A DNA stretch of 64,000 nt from assembly GCA_002269645.1 (NCBI GenBank), contig NIVC01002078.1, forward strand, positions 83,409-147,408. Reading direction: 5' to 3'. Below the pieces are notes generated by a model. It did not search any database, was not told where the DNA came from, and worked only from the letters and a program-made list of their open reading frames with translations. The position numbers and the translations under genes are program-made. This DNA is from Macrostomum lignano. Its lineage: Eukaryota. This document shows positions 1 through 11,065 of this stretch, piece by piece. How positions within the stretch are numbered: the stretch's first letter is position 1; every line of letters starts with the position of its first letter.

Positions 1-418
1 AGCAGGTGCCCGCCAGCCATATGCTGCAGTCATCTAAGAGTATTCGGCTCATTTTGGCGGCATGCCGTCCACCTTGCAACTGCTGCAGATCGGATGATCC
101 GTGCAACAGGCGCTGCTACTATATGTCCTGTACAAGTCTATGCAGTTTGGCGAGCCCGCTGAATAGCGTCAACTCGCTGCATGCGCGCAGTCGCTGCGGC
201 GACTTCGAATTACTGACAACGAAATATAATATTTGGAACCACTGAATCCGATCGCAATTATTACTTGACATCTAAAGATTACATGTAAATACATGTACAT
301 CGTTTGAAAGCAGAGTGATCAGAAAACAACTGCAGCTTAACATCAATCTAGCATGTTGAATGAGTCTGGTGAACAGTCTGAGTTTGTGTGCCCATACATG
401 TACATGTATATAAAGCCT

Positions 419-2409
419 TGTGGCGGCCAGGCCGGGACGCAGCGCCGTTGCGGTACATTCGCACTCAATTAAATTAACCTTCGGCCGCCTAGCCGGGAGT
501 GGGTGCACCGCCCGCCGGCTCGCTAAGCCGGGGGGTTGACTCACGCCACGCGCGCACCTCCGCCATGCACGCTCTGTATAAAAGATCCGTATGAAAATGG
601 CCTTGAAATTGTTGTCACTGTTCTTCTCGCCGCATTTTCATTTTGCGAGACGCTAAATTGGTGAGCCCGACTGCCCCAGCCGTAGCCGCCGTCGCACTTA
701 AACTGCCAACCCTTTGGGCTTCCCAGCCTAAGGGCCTGGTTTATACAGGCCGAAGTCTGTATAACACCAAGTATTGCCATGTGTCATCACCGCGCTCGAT
801 CAGCAGACAGCCGAACGGCTTCTCGACGTACTAGAGGCACCGCCGACATAAGAGAAGTATAACGCGCTGAAAACACGGTTGCTCGGCACTTTCGGCCAGA
901 CCCGGGCAACAGAGGGCCAGCCGTCTGCTCAATCTCTCCGGACTTGGTGATCGACTGCTTTCGGAACTAAATGGATGAGATGCTGGCCTTGCTAGGAGAC
1001 CATCGGCCTTGCCTCATCTTCGAGGAGTTGTTCCGCCAGCAACTGCCTGCCGATGTCCGGATGGCCATGGCGACCGCTGACTTCAGCGAGCCACGCGCAG
1101 CAGCGCAGCTGCCGGTGGTTCCCGCAGCCCAGCAGCATGCCCAGTCGGTGGCCACCGCGGGCCTCAGCGAGAGCAACCGCAAGCCCTACCAGGACCGGCA
1201 GCCGCGGCAACGCTCGGAAGACGGCCTCTGCCATTTCCACCGCCGTTTCGGGGCGAAGGCCCGTCGCTGTGAGCCTCCGTGCAGTTTCCAGGGAAACGGC
1301 CAGGCCGGCCGTCGGTGAACGGCTCGACGGCCGGCAGCAACAGTAGCCTGCTCCTCTTTTCGGACGTCCAGTCGGGCCGGCGTTTCCTGGTCGACACTGG
1401 CGCCGAGGTGAGCATTTTACCCGTCACCGGCACCGATGCTCGCCTGCACTCACTGGTCCGCCGCTCTACGCGGCTAACGGCAGCGGCAGCGCCATCCGCA
1501 CCTTCGGCACGCGACAGCTCACGCTCGACCTGGGAATCCGGCGCTGCTCCTGGCCGTTCATCCTAGCCGAGGTCTCCCGCCCGCTCATCGGCGCTGACTT
1601 CCTTGGCCACCACGGTCTGCTTGTGGACCTGCCGCACCAGCGGCTTCATGGACGCTCGATCGCTTGCCAGCGTGCATCTGCTAGGCAGCACGGGGCCCGG
1701 ACTGCAGCTCACCGCAGCCGCCGCTGCGGATCCGTACAGACAGCTGCTGGCAGAATTCCCGACCCTCACTGAGCCCAGTTTTCAGATAGCAGAGCCTCGC
1801 CACGGTGTGGAACACCACATCCCGACCAACGGCCCGCCGGTTCACGCCCGCCCCCGCCTGCCACCGGACAAGCTGGCGGTGGCCAAGGAGGAGTTCCGGC
1901 TCTTGGAACAGCTCGGCATTGTGCGCCGCTCCCACAGCCCGTGGTCCTCGCCGCTGCACATAGTGCCCAAGGCCTCTGGCGGGTGGCGACTTTCAGCGAC
2001 TCAACGACGCCATGCACCGTGCCCCGACCGCTACATGGTGCCGCGCATCCAAGATTTCTCGGCGCGCCTGGCCGGGTGCTCGGTTTTCTCGAAGATTGAC
2101 CTGGTGCGTGGCTACCACCAGGTGCCGATGGCCGCCGCCGATGTGCCCAAGACAGCCGTCATCACCCCGTTCGGTCTCTTCGAGTTCCTGCGAATGCAGT
2201 TCGGGCTTAAGAATGAGGCCCAAGCTGTGGTCTACGGAGCGCCCCTCTGTGTGCCTGGCGAGTGCCTGCAGCCTGGCCAGCCTGTCGACGGCCACGACAA
2301 GTTCCTCGCCCAGCTCCGCGGTGCAGTCCAAGCTTTCCTGCCGACGCCGACAACGCATCATGGCAGCCGCCCGACTGTGTGGCCATCCCGCAACGTCAGC
2401 AGTTGCTGA
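419..2409 (+). mobile_element. Decayed Ty3/gypsy LTR retrotransposon (5' LTR, gag, protease, partial RT, integrase C-terminal tail)
   Basis: Putative LTR begins TGTGGCGG at 419. PBS-like TGGTGAGCCCGAC at 659-671 is one mismatch from a tRNA-Trp-type PBS (TGGTGACCCCGAC). Gag: VALKLPTLW...AWFIQAE, plus knuckle CHFHRRFGAKARRCEPPC, broken by frameshifts and a stop. Protease: FLVDTGAEVSILP. RT: SPWSSPLHIVPK, FSKIDLVRGYHQVP, KTAVITPFGLFEF. No 3' LTR seen. Confidence 0.9.
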
Positions 2410-2689
2410 TGCGGTCTATAGCTGGTTCGCGAGGATGCTGCGAGATGTCCGCGAGGATGCTGGATTTAGAGGACCTGTCTGACTGAGGAAAATATTGTTC
2501 TTGGCAGTGGTTAAAACCAAATTACGCTCGTATTGTCTCACAATGCCAAAACCTGATGGCCTCACTAGAGCAGCAAGTTGACGTGGTTGGAACACGAGAC
2601 TTCAAACGGCTAACAACAGTATCAAGTAGCAGTAACGTAAACACGAATTTACGTCGTAGGTTTCAATAGTGAGCGTTGGAAAAATGTTG

Positions 2690-2915
2690 GAAAATTTTAT
2701 CCTTTTTCTGGTTGAGATGTCAAGGCTTTCGGGAGGAATTGCTGAGATATGTCAGGAGAGTCATTGCGAAATTGCTAAAATACTGTGGCTCAAGGGGAGT
2801 TTAAAGACATCAGGTAGTTCAGGTAAAATAAAGACATTTGTTTACTCTTAAATAGGGATTAAAGAATTAGGGATTAATTAGATTAGGGATGAGGGTTTCG
2901 GGATTTTTAGGTACT
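2690..2915 (+). repeat. Fragment of a dispersed repeat family (GTCAAGGCT...GAATTGCTGAGAT units plus TTAGGG-like tract)
   Basis: The same motifs recur at 10555-10679 and, inverted, at 41501-42500. Confidence 0.5.
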
Positions 2916-3201
2916 AATAGCGACGTTAAAGTTGAGTACTAAAAATAAAAAATCTATAAAATAAGATCTGATGCATAGCTGAATTAACAACTTTCAAAGC
3001 AACCCATATTTAGGATTTTAGACAGGTTGAGATAAGAGTATATATTTAATGCTGGTGTAAACGTATTCAGTCGCGCGAATAATAGTCCCCAATGAACCAG
3101 CAACTAAGACAGATCAATTTTTTGAAATTTGCTTAATAAAGCTACTAATACCCTCAAAGGAAATAAAAAGTTAAGTGTTGCATCCACTCACCCACCCCCT
3201 A

Positions 3202-5225
3202 TCACCAGGCATCTCGAAGCTTCAACTTCAGATTTTCTCTCAGCCAGTCGGGAATGAAGCTGATCCGGCGAATTCGCTCAATAAATCTGTCTATCAGCTT
3301 CTTGTCGTTGCAGTAAGAAGCGGCCGTCATCAGCTCAAGCACGTCGGCATCCTCTCGTTTAGCGACGTCCCAAACCCAAAGTTGAGCCCTCAGGTCGTTA
3401 GGCGTAATTTCAAGCCGCAGACACTGCATTAGAGCGTCAAAATTGACAAAGTACCAGCTGGCGTCATTCTCCAGAACTTGCGGGAAACAGTGCACCAGAG
3501 TCGGCGACAGAAATCTCAATTCTGGACGCTTGGCAAACTTAAAGCAAAACTTCCAGGCGGAGTCGTTGGCCTTCATAAATTGCATCACAAGTTCGGCAGT
3601 AGCCTCTGCCCTGGATCGATTAGCTGACCAGGGAATTCCCCGGCTCACCTCGTGCCTGTCACAATAGGCCAGCGTCCTGACAGCGGCATCTCGATAGCTA
3701 AACTTAAGACAAGCCAGCACCTTTAGCGACTCTCGAGCAGTCAGAGCACAGTCAGGCAATCTGGCAATGAGCTTAGCCAGATTCTCCTGCGCAGTAGCGC
3801 TGCAATCTTCTTCAGCCAGTTGAACCAGAGACTCCCTCACTACATCAGAGATCTCGTGATATTCGAGACTTGCAGCTGTGCTGCTAACCGGATTAGCTTG
3901 CAAATTCGGCAGGATGAGAAACGGATGAAAGTAGAACCTGCCAGAGTTTGTAACCTCTCTCAGATTGGCTTTGAACTTCAACAGTAGCCTAGGAAGTTGA
4001 TCGATGGTCTTTCTCAACCCAGTAGCAGCGTTTGTTAGGACCAGCTTCATTTTCTCAGACGAACTGCGGTCCACGCCTTTTAAATAGAGGGCCGTGTCGC
4101 ACAGAAAGAAGTGACTCATGATTGGCCCCTCAGCGCTGTCCGAGTTGCAGGCGCTCTCCAAGTTGTCCAGCAGCCTCTGCAGCGACTGCCTGATGAGGCC
4201 TACCAGGTTTTCCGGCTTCCATTGATCAGCGGGAGTCGCTTCCAGCATCTGGAACGTGATGGTCTTGGCATGATAGGCTTTTAAACCTTTCACTTTGAAG
4301 CCGTCGTCGTGACAGATGACCTTCTTAACTAGGTACTTCAATGCAACGAACAGCTGGCCCTGAAGGGTGCTAAGGCTCCGCAAAAGACGCCTCTCCAAGA
4401 AGGTTGTGCTCACTCTGAGTTGCTCTCCCCCCTGTCCGGGAGGAGCTGCGTGCACCACGTGACAGGGCGACGAAGGCAACGTCAGTTCGCGATTGAGCGA
4501 CCGAAGCACCGACTCAGTAATGTTGGACTTGGCGATTCTGTCTTGCTGTAGCGGGGCGATGGGAGGGTAGCAGCAGAGACGACAGGCGTCCACCAGATCG
4601 ACAGCCGGCTTCGTGTGTGAGCCGTCAGACGCGCTGGCCGGAGTTGACGCTGCCGGGACATGCGGTTGATTGTGGTGAGAATTAAGTGGCATTCAGAAAT
4701 CGAATTATCAGAAAGATTACTGGGCGTTTTCCGATCGTTGTTTTGCGTGCAAATTAAATGGTTTTTGTAAATTCTGCTTCTAACTGCTTCAGATTCAGAG
4801 TTTCATCAATGTAAGGATGAGGCCTACAGCCAATTTTAAACGTACAAGAATGCAAAAGAATGCAGACATTTCCTCAAGCCCAAGCCAAATTACCAAATCC
4901 TTTGCACGCTATGTGTCCATTGTCATAGTCCACAGTCTCGACGTCCTTGCCTACGCACTGGCACGCACTTCTCAGGTGATACAGTCTGCCGTGCAGCAGC
5001 CGCATCACGTCAATGTCCGACTCGAAATCTGTCCTGCCGTCCAACGTTGTCAAATTGTTGCCCCAACCCTCTGAGTAGCTGCCAACTACGTGGATTTCAT
5101 TGTGATTCAATCTCAGACGGAGAATGCTCTGCAGGGCGTCGGCCAGTGAGCTTTGCATAGCGGCCCGGGAGTCCGTGAAGCCGGATCGAGTCAGAGCCTG
5201 ATGCAGCTGCTGGCTCAGTTCGTGT
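3202..5225 (-). CDS. Mab-21/cGAS-like receptor (cGLR) nucleotidyltransferase domain plus C-terminal helical extension; predicted exons 5225-4894 and 4649-3202
   Basis: NTase motif GSYSEGW...ESDIDVM (5083-5009) and third acidic residue in AVDLV. Mab-21 C-lobe motifs RVSTTFLERRLL, LKYLVK, AYHAKTITF, SHFFL. Acceptor tattcag at 5226; donor GTAATT at 4893; weaker acceptor cccggcag at 4650; both sides phase 1. Confidence 0.85.
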
Positions 5226-5424
5226 CTGAATAGGATAAGTTAAACTCAACTTACTAACTACATCTAACTAACTAACTAACTAAATAACTCTCTAGGAACT
5301 ATCTGTGCCTTGGGGTTGGCAATTGTGAGCTCGAAGACCTGGGTCAACATTCCACAGTGAACTACATGTACAGGTTAATAAAGCTGCACCGGGAGTCGAG
5401 TCCGGTAACTAATTAATGAAAGAG

Positions 5425-7128
5425 TCAAGGACTAAGTGACAAAATATTCAGTTGTAAATGTACGCACTCATCATAATCCCGATTTTCATTGTCTTCAGGT
5501 GCTCCAGGATCTTGGCAGTTGTTCATCGTATCGTCCTCTTCCATCGACAAGTCCATCTTCAGCATTGCACTCTTTAACACCGCGTACACCCTCGAATGTC
5601 CTTCTTCGGCAGCAATCTGTATTGGTGTCTTACCATCATAAACAGCATCTGCTACGTTAGCTCCAGCCTCAATAAGCAACTCCATCACTTTATCCCGACC
5701 AAAGTGAGCAGCGATGCACACTGGAGTTGCCCCATCGATTCGCGACAGATTAACGTCGGCTTGAGCTCGGATGAGCAGCTCAACTACTCGGTGATGACCT
5801 TGCTGACTGGCTATGTACATCGGCGTAGCGCCATCCTTCTGCTGCAGATTGACTGCTGCTCCAGCATCGACAAGCAGCTTGACCACCTGATCCCGACCAG
5901 CTTGCGCCGCGAGGTACAAAGGCGACATTTCATTCAATCCTCGAATGTCAACATCGGCTTGAGCTCCGATTAAGGACTGCACGACCGCACTGTGACCGTT
6001 CTGAGCAGCGATGCACAGCGGCGTGGCTCCGTCCCTTCGCCGACAATTCACGTCGGCCTGGGCGTTGATGAGGCACTGAACAGTCTGTCGATTGCCATGA
6101 TCGGCTGAGATGTACAGCGGGGTTTGTCCGTTCGTCATAGGATAGTCAACATCAGAGCGAGCTTCGATTAGCAACTTGATGACGTCATTGTGACCTTGGA
6201 CTAGGGCTACGTGAAGCGGAATGGCACCGTAATGAATTGGAAGATTTACATCTGCATGAGCTTTGACAAGGATTAGAGCCACAGCATAGTGACCTTTCTG
6301 CGATGCGAAGTACAGAGGCGTCGCACCGTCAGATTGCTGGCTGTTGACATTGGCACCGGCATTAACAAGGGCCTGCACAATTCTCTGGTGACCATTCTGC
6401 GATGCAACGTGCAATGGCGACATCTTCTTGTTAGTCTGGCTGTTCAGCATTGCTCCAGCTTTAATTAACAGACGAACTACCTTTATGTGATCATTCTGCG
6501 AAGCAAGGTATAGAGGTGTGGCACCTTCTCTATCTCGAATATTAACATTGGCCAAGGCTTGAATAAGCAGCTCGACAACCTGATAATTGCCTTCTTGAGA
6601 CGCAATATGCAGCGATGTCATGCCATTCTTAGCGGCCAAATTCACGTCAGCTTTGGCCCGGATCAGCAGGCTGACAATCTGATGATGACCATCCTGGGCA
6701 GCGATGAACAGAGGCGAGGCGCCGTGTCTGTCAGTCAGATTGACATCGGCCTGCGCTTTGATGAGTGGCTCAACGGAAGCCGGCCGACCGGACTGACAGG
6801 CGATGTGCAGCGGCGCGGCGCCATTGCTTCGATCCTGAATGTTCCCGTCAAAGCCGAGACTAGTCAACTGATCAACAACTTTGCTGTTTTCAGTGGCGCA
6901 CGCCAAATGTAGTGGCGACAACTGATTTCCATGGAAACTGATCAATCTATCAAAACTACTCATTGATCGCTTTTTCAAACAGTGGCGAATTAACGCCAGA
7001 TTACCAGCGGCTATCGCCGTCATGAACTCTTGGTCAGTCGGTTCATCAGTTGACTGCTGAATTAAAGAAGCCTGCATGAAGACAACAGCGATTGATTGGA
7101 AAAATGCTGACAGTAGATTGGAAAACAT
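5425..7128 (-). CDS. Ankyrin-repeat region (14 full repeats plus one degenerate); probably exon 1 (7128-5468) of the cGLR gene
   Basis: 567-aa ORF with repeated G-x-T/S-P-L-x-x-A...G-H-x-x-V-V-x-x-L-I-x-A-x-A-D-V-N units. Donor GA/GTGCGT at 5467 (phase 2) matches the phase-2 acceptor at 5226. Confidence 0.93.
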   Translation of the reverse strand: MFSNLLSAFFQSIAVVFMQASLIQQSTDEPTDQEFMTAIAAGNLALIRHCLKKRSMSSFDRLISFHGNQLSPLHLACATENSKVVDQLTSLGFDGNIQDRSNGAAPLHIACQSGRPASVEPLIKAQADVNLTDRHGASPLFIAAQDGHHQIVSLLIRAKADVNLAAKNGMTSLHIASQEGNYQVVELLIQALANVNIRDREGATPLYLASQNDHIKVVRLLIKAGAMLNSQTNKKMSPLHVASQNGHQRIVQALVNAGANVNSQQSDGATPLYFASQKGHYAVALILVKAHADVNLPIHYGAIPLHVALVQGHNDVIKLLIEARSDVDYPMTNGQTPLYISADHGNRQTVQCLINAQADVNCRRRDGATPLCIAAQNGHSAVVQSLIGAQADVDIRGLNEMSPLYLAAQAGRDQVVKLLVDAGAAVNLQQKDGATPMYIASQQGHHRVVELLIRAQADVNLSRIDGATPVCIAAHFGRDKVMELLIEAGANVADAVYDGKTPIQIAAEEGHSRVYAVLKSAMLKMDLSMEEDDTMNNCQDPGAPEDNENRDYDECVHLQLNILSLSP

Positions 7129-8151
7129 GATCTGAATGGATTTTTCAGTGGCTAGGTTTCGATATCTTTTTAATTTAGCACCAGTATTTATTTTGTGTTG
7201 TGGTGGACAGCTTCTATGTATGTAAATGTAGCTGTGTGTATACTTTATCTGTACAACCGATCAGCTATAGCTGCAGTGTTCTGAGTTGTGGCTTGAAGTA
7301 TTTATACGAGCTAAAAGTCTGAGCAAAGCGGATACTGCCCCGAAGATCTGAGTCAAGCTGAGTTCTCTGGCGTAGTACGCGTTGGCGCGCTTCATGCACA
7401 TTCTGGTGTGATTAGCGGAAAGAAACGTTTAAATGTTGCTCGTAAATGTGCAAATTTTGACTACAACTCGTCCCTCTAAAAATTCATGCACACAAACTGG
7501 TTTCGTGTGGTTTTTATACTCGTAGACAGTTCAACCGCTGAGATATGGTCGGGATTGGGTGAGAATTAATGCACTATGGCGCCCCTCAATTTTTATGAGC
7601 AAGCTCTGCATTAGTTAAGGTTTTTATAATGACTGCAAACATTTGCATAAACTGCATGTGCATTTTTGAAACAAGAATTTATTTCTGTACATGATTTTCG
7701 ATCACAAAGTATTTGATCACAAAGTACATGTTATCGGAAGAGCAGGAGAGAAATAATAGGAGCCAAGAGGCCGGGATTTCTCATCATTTCTGGAAGTTTT
7801 TTCCAACACAAACAATTGTCTTTATTTGACTTTCTGCCCTTGCATGATAAATAAATAAATGACTTGATTCATGTGCCTAGAAAACCAGTTCGATTCGGCG
7901 TGTTACATAATAGGAGTTTTTCTGAAACGATCATCAGTTTTACTGTACATGTAATATACACTGTACATGTACAGTATAACTGAAGTTGCTTGGTACATTA
8001 ATACGCGTAAAAATAGAGTCTGGTTTGTAATGGTCTAGACATTGTTTAGCAATTAGACGATCATTATTCACATTTTAATGCAGAACAATCCATTTACTAC
8101 AAACCATTATGTATTGTCTGTAGGATCGTCAAACAGAAAAACAATGCAAAG

Positions 8152-8275
8152 AATCAGCGGTCCCAGTGCGTGACAACGATTGTCTCGCGAGCGCCGGTAG
8201 AGCAGGAGACCGCCGGTAGAGCGCCGGTAGGCGCGAGCCATAGACAATCGTTGTCACGCACTGCGACCGCTGATT
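8152..8275. repeat. Palindromic (foldback/MITE-like) element with 34-bp inverted arms
   Basis: AATCAGCGGTCCCAGTGCGTGACAACGATTGTCT (8152-8185) is inverted at 8242-8275 with one mismatch. The GC-rich spacer holds three CGCCGGTAG copies. Confidence 0.7.
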
Positions 8276-10554
8276 ATTTATCCATTGCTCTGCAGAATTA
8301 TATAGTATGTAATTCTCTCAATGCACGTAGCACGCGAATTTTTCAATGATGGACAATGAGAAAGTCAAAATGTACTTTTTAAATTGTTTTCGATGCAATT
8401 TTGACAATGACAGAGCTGCAATTCAGGCGGAAAAGTAAAATATATAGCTCGAAGCTCGCAGCGATAGTGGCGCAATAATGAAGCCAAAATGAAAATAGGT
8501 AATGCATTACTTATAATTAAAAGCATGCTGCTAAGTGGCTTTTTATTTCTATGACTTTTTTGATTATTTTCTTGGCTTTTGATGATATTATTGCTCATAG
8601 TTTGTTTCACTGTGTAGACTAAATCTTATAAGATTCGATTTTACGAAGTTCTAGGAATGCAACCTAAGTATTAGTACATGTGGATATACATTCACCCTTT
8701 TCAAATCAATTCTTTTCCTTATTTTTCGTTCTTTCTTTGTCTAGTGAATTCAGTGTGTTTTCACGAATATTTCTGCTTTTATCGAATGCAATTTAATAAA
8801 TTTCAAGGATTCAAAGACTGCATTTTACATTTCTTGAAATATGTAGTCAGGGCATTGTATGCATTAGTACTTTAATCTAATTTTACTGTAAAATCCGAGT
8901 GCCAGTATCTCATTATTTAAATTAGCTATTTTAATATGCGATTTTTCTTCCAGTTACAAAATTTAGATTTACATCTTTTTAGTTACCAACCTAACTAATG
9001 CTAAGTTGAACTATGAATGAACTCCTCTAAAAATAAAAAAATGTAGACACAGTATTTTCTACAATAATAGGAAGTGTTGCTTTTTTAGTTATTTTTTATG
9101 CCTTGTTTCAATTATATAAATGTCTATTTTTTTAATTTTAAGCTTTTCTGTTTTTGAGTATTTTAAAGACGTTTTATTCAGGGGTATTTTTGTGCGCAGA
9201 GTGTGCGTATGCACCCTAAATTTTAAAATCGCACCCTGAAATTAAAAAAGTAGGTGCGGTTTAGGTGCGGTCTGTAAGATATTATAATATATGAAAAGTT
9301 ATATAAAAATCATTTGATCTTTGATCACATTAAATTTGGCCTTTTTAATCAATGATGAATGATGATAATTTTAATTTATCTAGTAGCCTATATTAGTATA
9401 AACTTCAACTTTTTTATTTTGACATCTTCACTCTTGACTCTTCGGAGTCTTCACTTTTTCTTAGAATGTTAAGTATGAGTTAAGCGGTAGCCTTGTGTTT
9501 ATTTAGTTGTACTTGTATATATAATCTATAGATATAATACAAATGCAAATTATAAGAATCTAAAGGTCTATCTAATCATAAGCTCTACTGAAGTAAAGTA
9601 TTAAATTCAAGTTCATAAAATTTATCATATTCATAATCTAATAGCCTAAGGCTTATATATACAATTAAATCATAGTCATAGACTCATAGATAATCAATAA
9701 GCCTAGAATAGATATATAAAATCAATAGATATAGACTATCTATAAGGACTAATGCCAATTTCTATTGTTTGTGTAGTAGGTAGTTATAAGTTAAAGTTAT
9801 CAATGATAAATTATAAGTCAAAAAGGCTGTTAGAGTCTAGATAACATAATCAGTGAGGCGAGTGAGCTTCTATTGCAAAAATGTTTGAGTAGGCAATAGG
9901 GCCAAATTACATTTACTTTATTTTTTTATTTTTAGTATAAGTAATTATTTACAATTATATTATATAAAATTATTGTAAAATAATTGTAACTGTAAAATTA
10001 AAAAATTACATTTAAATTACTATTTAACTGTACTATATTATGTCTATACTAGGCCTATGTATGTACAATAATATTATAATACTAATAGTATACATACATA
10101 CTAATATTTATACTAATAGATAGATTATTATATATTATATACTTTGAGTATGTATATAGTATAGTTATGGGCTATGGCTTATAGTAAATTAAAGTAGACT
10201 TGGACAAAAAAGTATTAGTATTTTTAGTATATTTTAATATAATAATAATAATATAACAAATCAACTACAAACTAATCTATCTTATATTGTTATAATCTAA
10301 AAACCTTTTATTAAACTAGACATAGAATGTCTTTATGTATTAATAATAATGTCTTTAATTGTTTTAATGCCAGATTTGATATATATATAGCCTTGTTTAG
10401 TCTATAATATTTTTATTTTTATTTTTAGATTTTTTTTAAGTGATATTTAATATGTAATCAATAATTCACATAATATATAATACATACCCAATATATATGT
10501 TTATTTAAATGCAAACAAAAACAATAATACAAAAGCTAAATTAGTATTCAGCAA

Positions 10555-10679
10555 AAGCAATTCAAGGCTATGTCAAGGCTTTCGGGGAGAATTGCATCGG
10601 AGTCAAGGCAAATAGGATTTACGTAAATAATTTTGTCCCTTACTTATTGGGCGCACCGAAGTGGGCACTAGATTGCTAG
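10555..10679 (+). mobile_element. Helitron-like 3' end fragment
   Basis: Ends GGGCACTAGATTGCTAG|T, matching the inverted copy ending at 41501 (GGGCACTGATTGCTAG|T), and is preceded by GTCAAGGCT units. Confidence 0.4.
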
Positions 10680-10905
10680 TGTCTCCCTAATTGTCTATGT
10701 AGTGAGTCAGTGACTCTGCTCAATGATCATGTATTCCTTGAAAAGTAGTCTTTTTGCTTCGATTTCTTCGATTATCTTCAGGAGTTCTAACTCCAACTCA
10801 AGGTTTGCAAATTAAAGCATCATCCTTTCATCCTAACTAGCATCAAGTCTAGTTGTCACAGTGTTGGTAGTTGGATTGAAACTATCTATCATCCACGACC
10901 ACATA

Positions 10906-11065
10906 TCCTATATACTAAAAATGGTCTGTCTGTGTCTATCTATCTATCTATCTATGTGATCGATTAGAGAAAAAATGGCTGGACCGATTTTGTTCGAACT
11001 TGCACTGTTCGATTAGAATTTACTCTATAGCTAGCTAGAGTTTTGCTGCGTACATAATTTACTAG
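10906..11065 (+). mobile_element. Helitron/DINE-1-like non-autonomous element, 5' portion
   Basis: A|TCCTATATACTAAAAATG start, then a short (TCTG)/(TCTA)n tract and AAAATGGCTGGACCGATTTT. This is the typical layout of microsatellite-bearing Helitron-like elements. Confidence 0.45.

Noticed and set aside
1-245. GC-rich, coding-looking sequence at the window start
   Set aside because: No recognisable motif in any frame; may belong to a gene extending outside the window.
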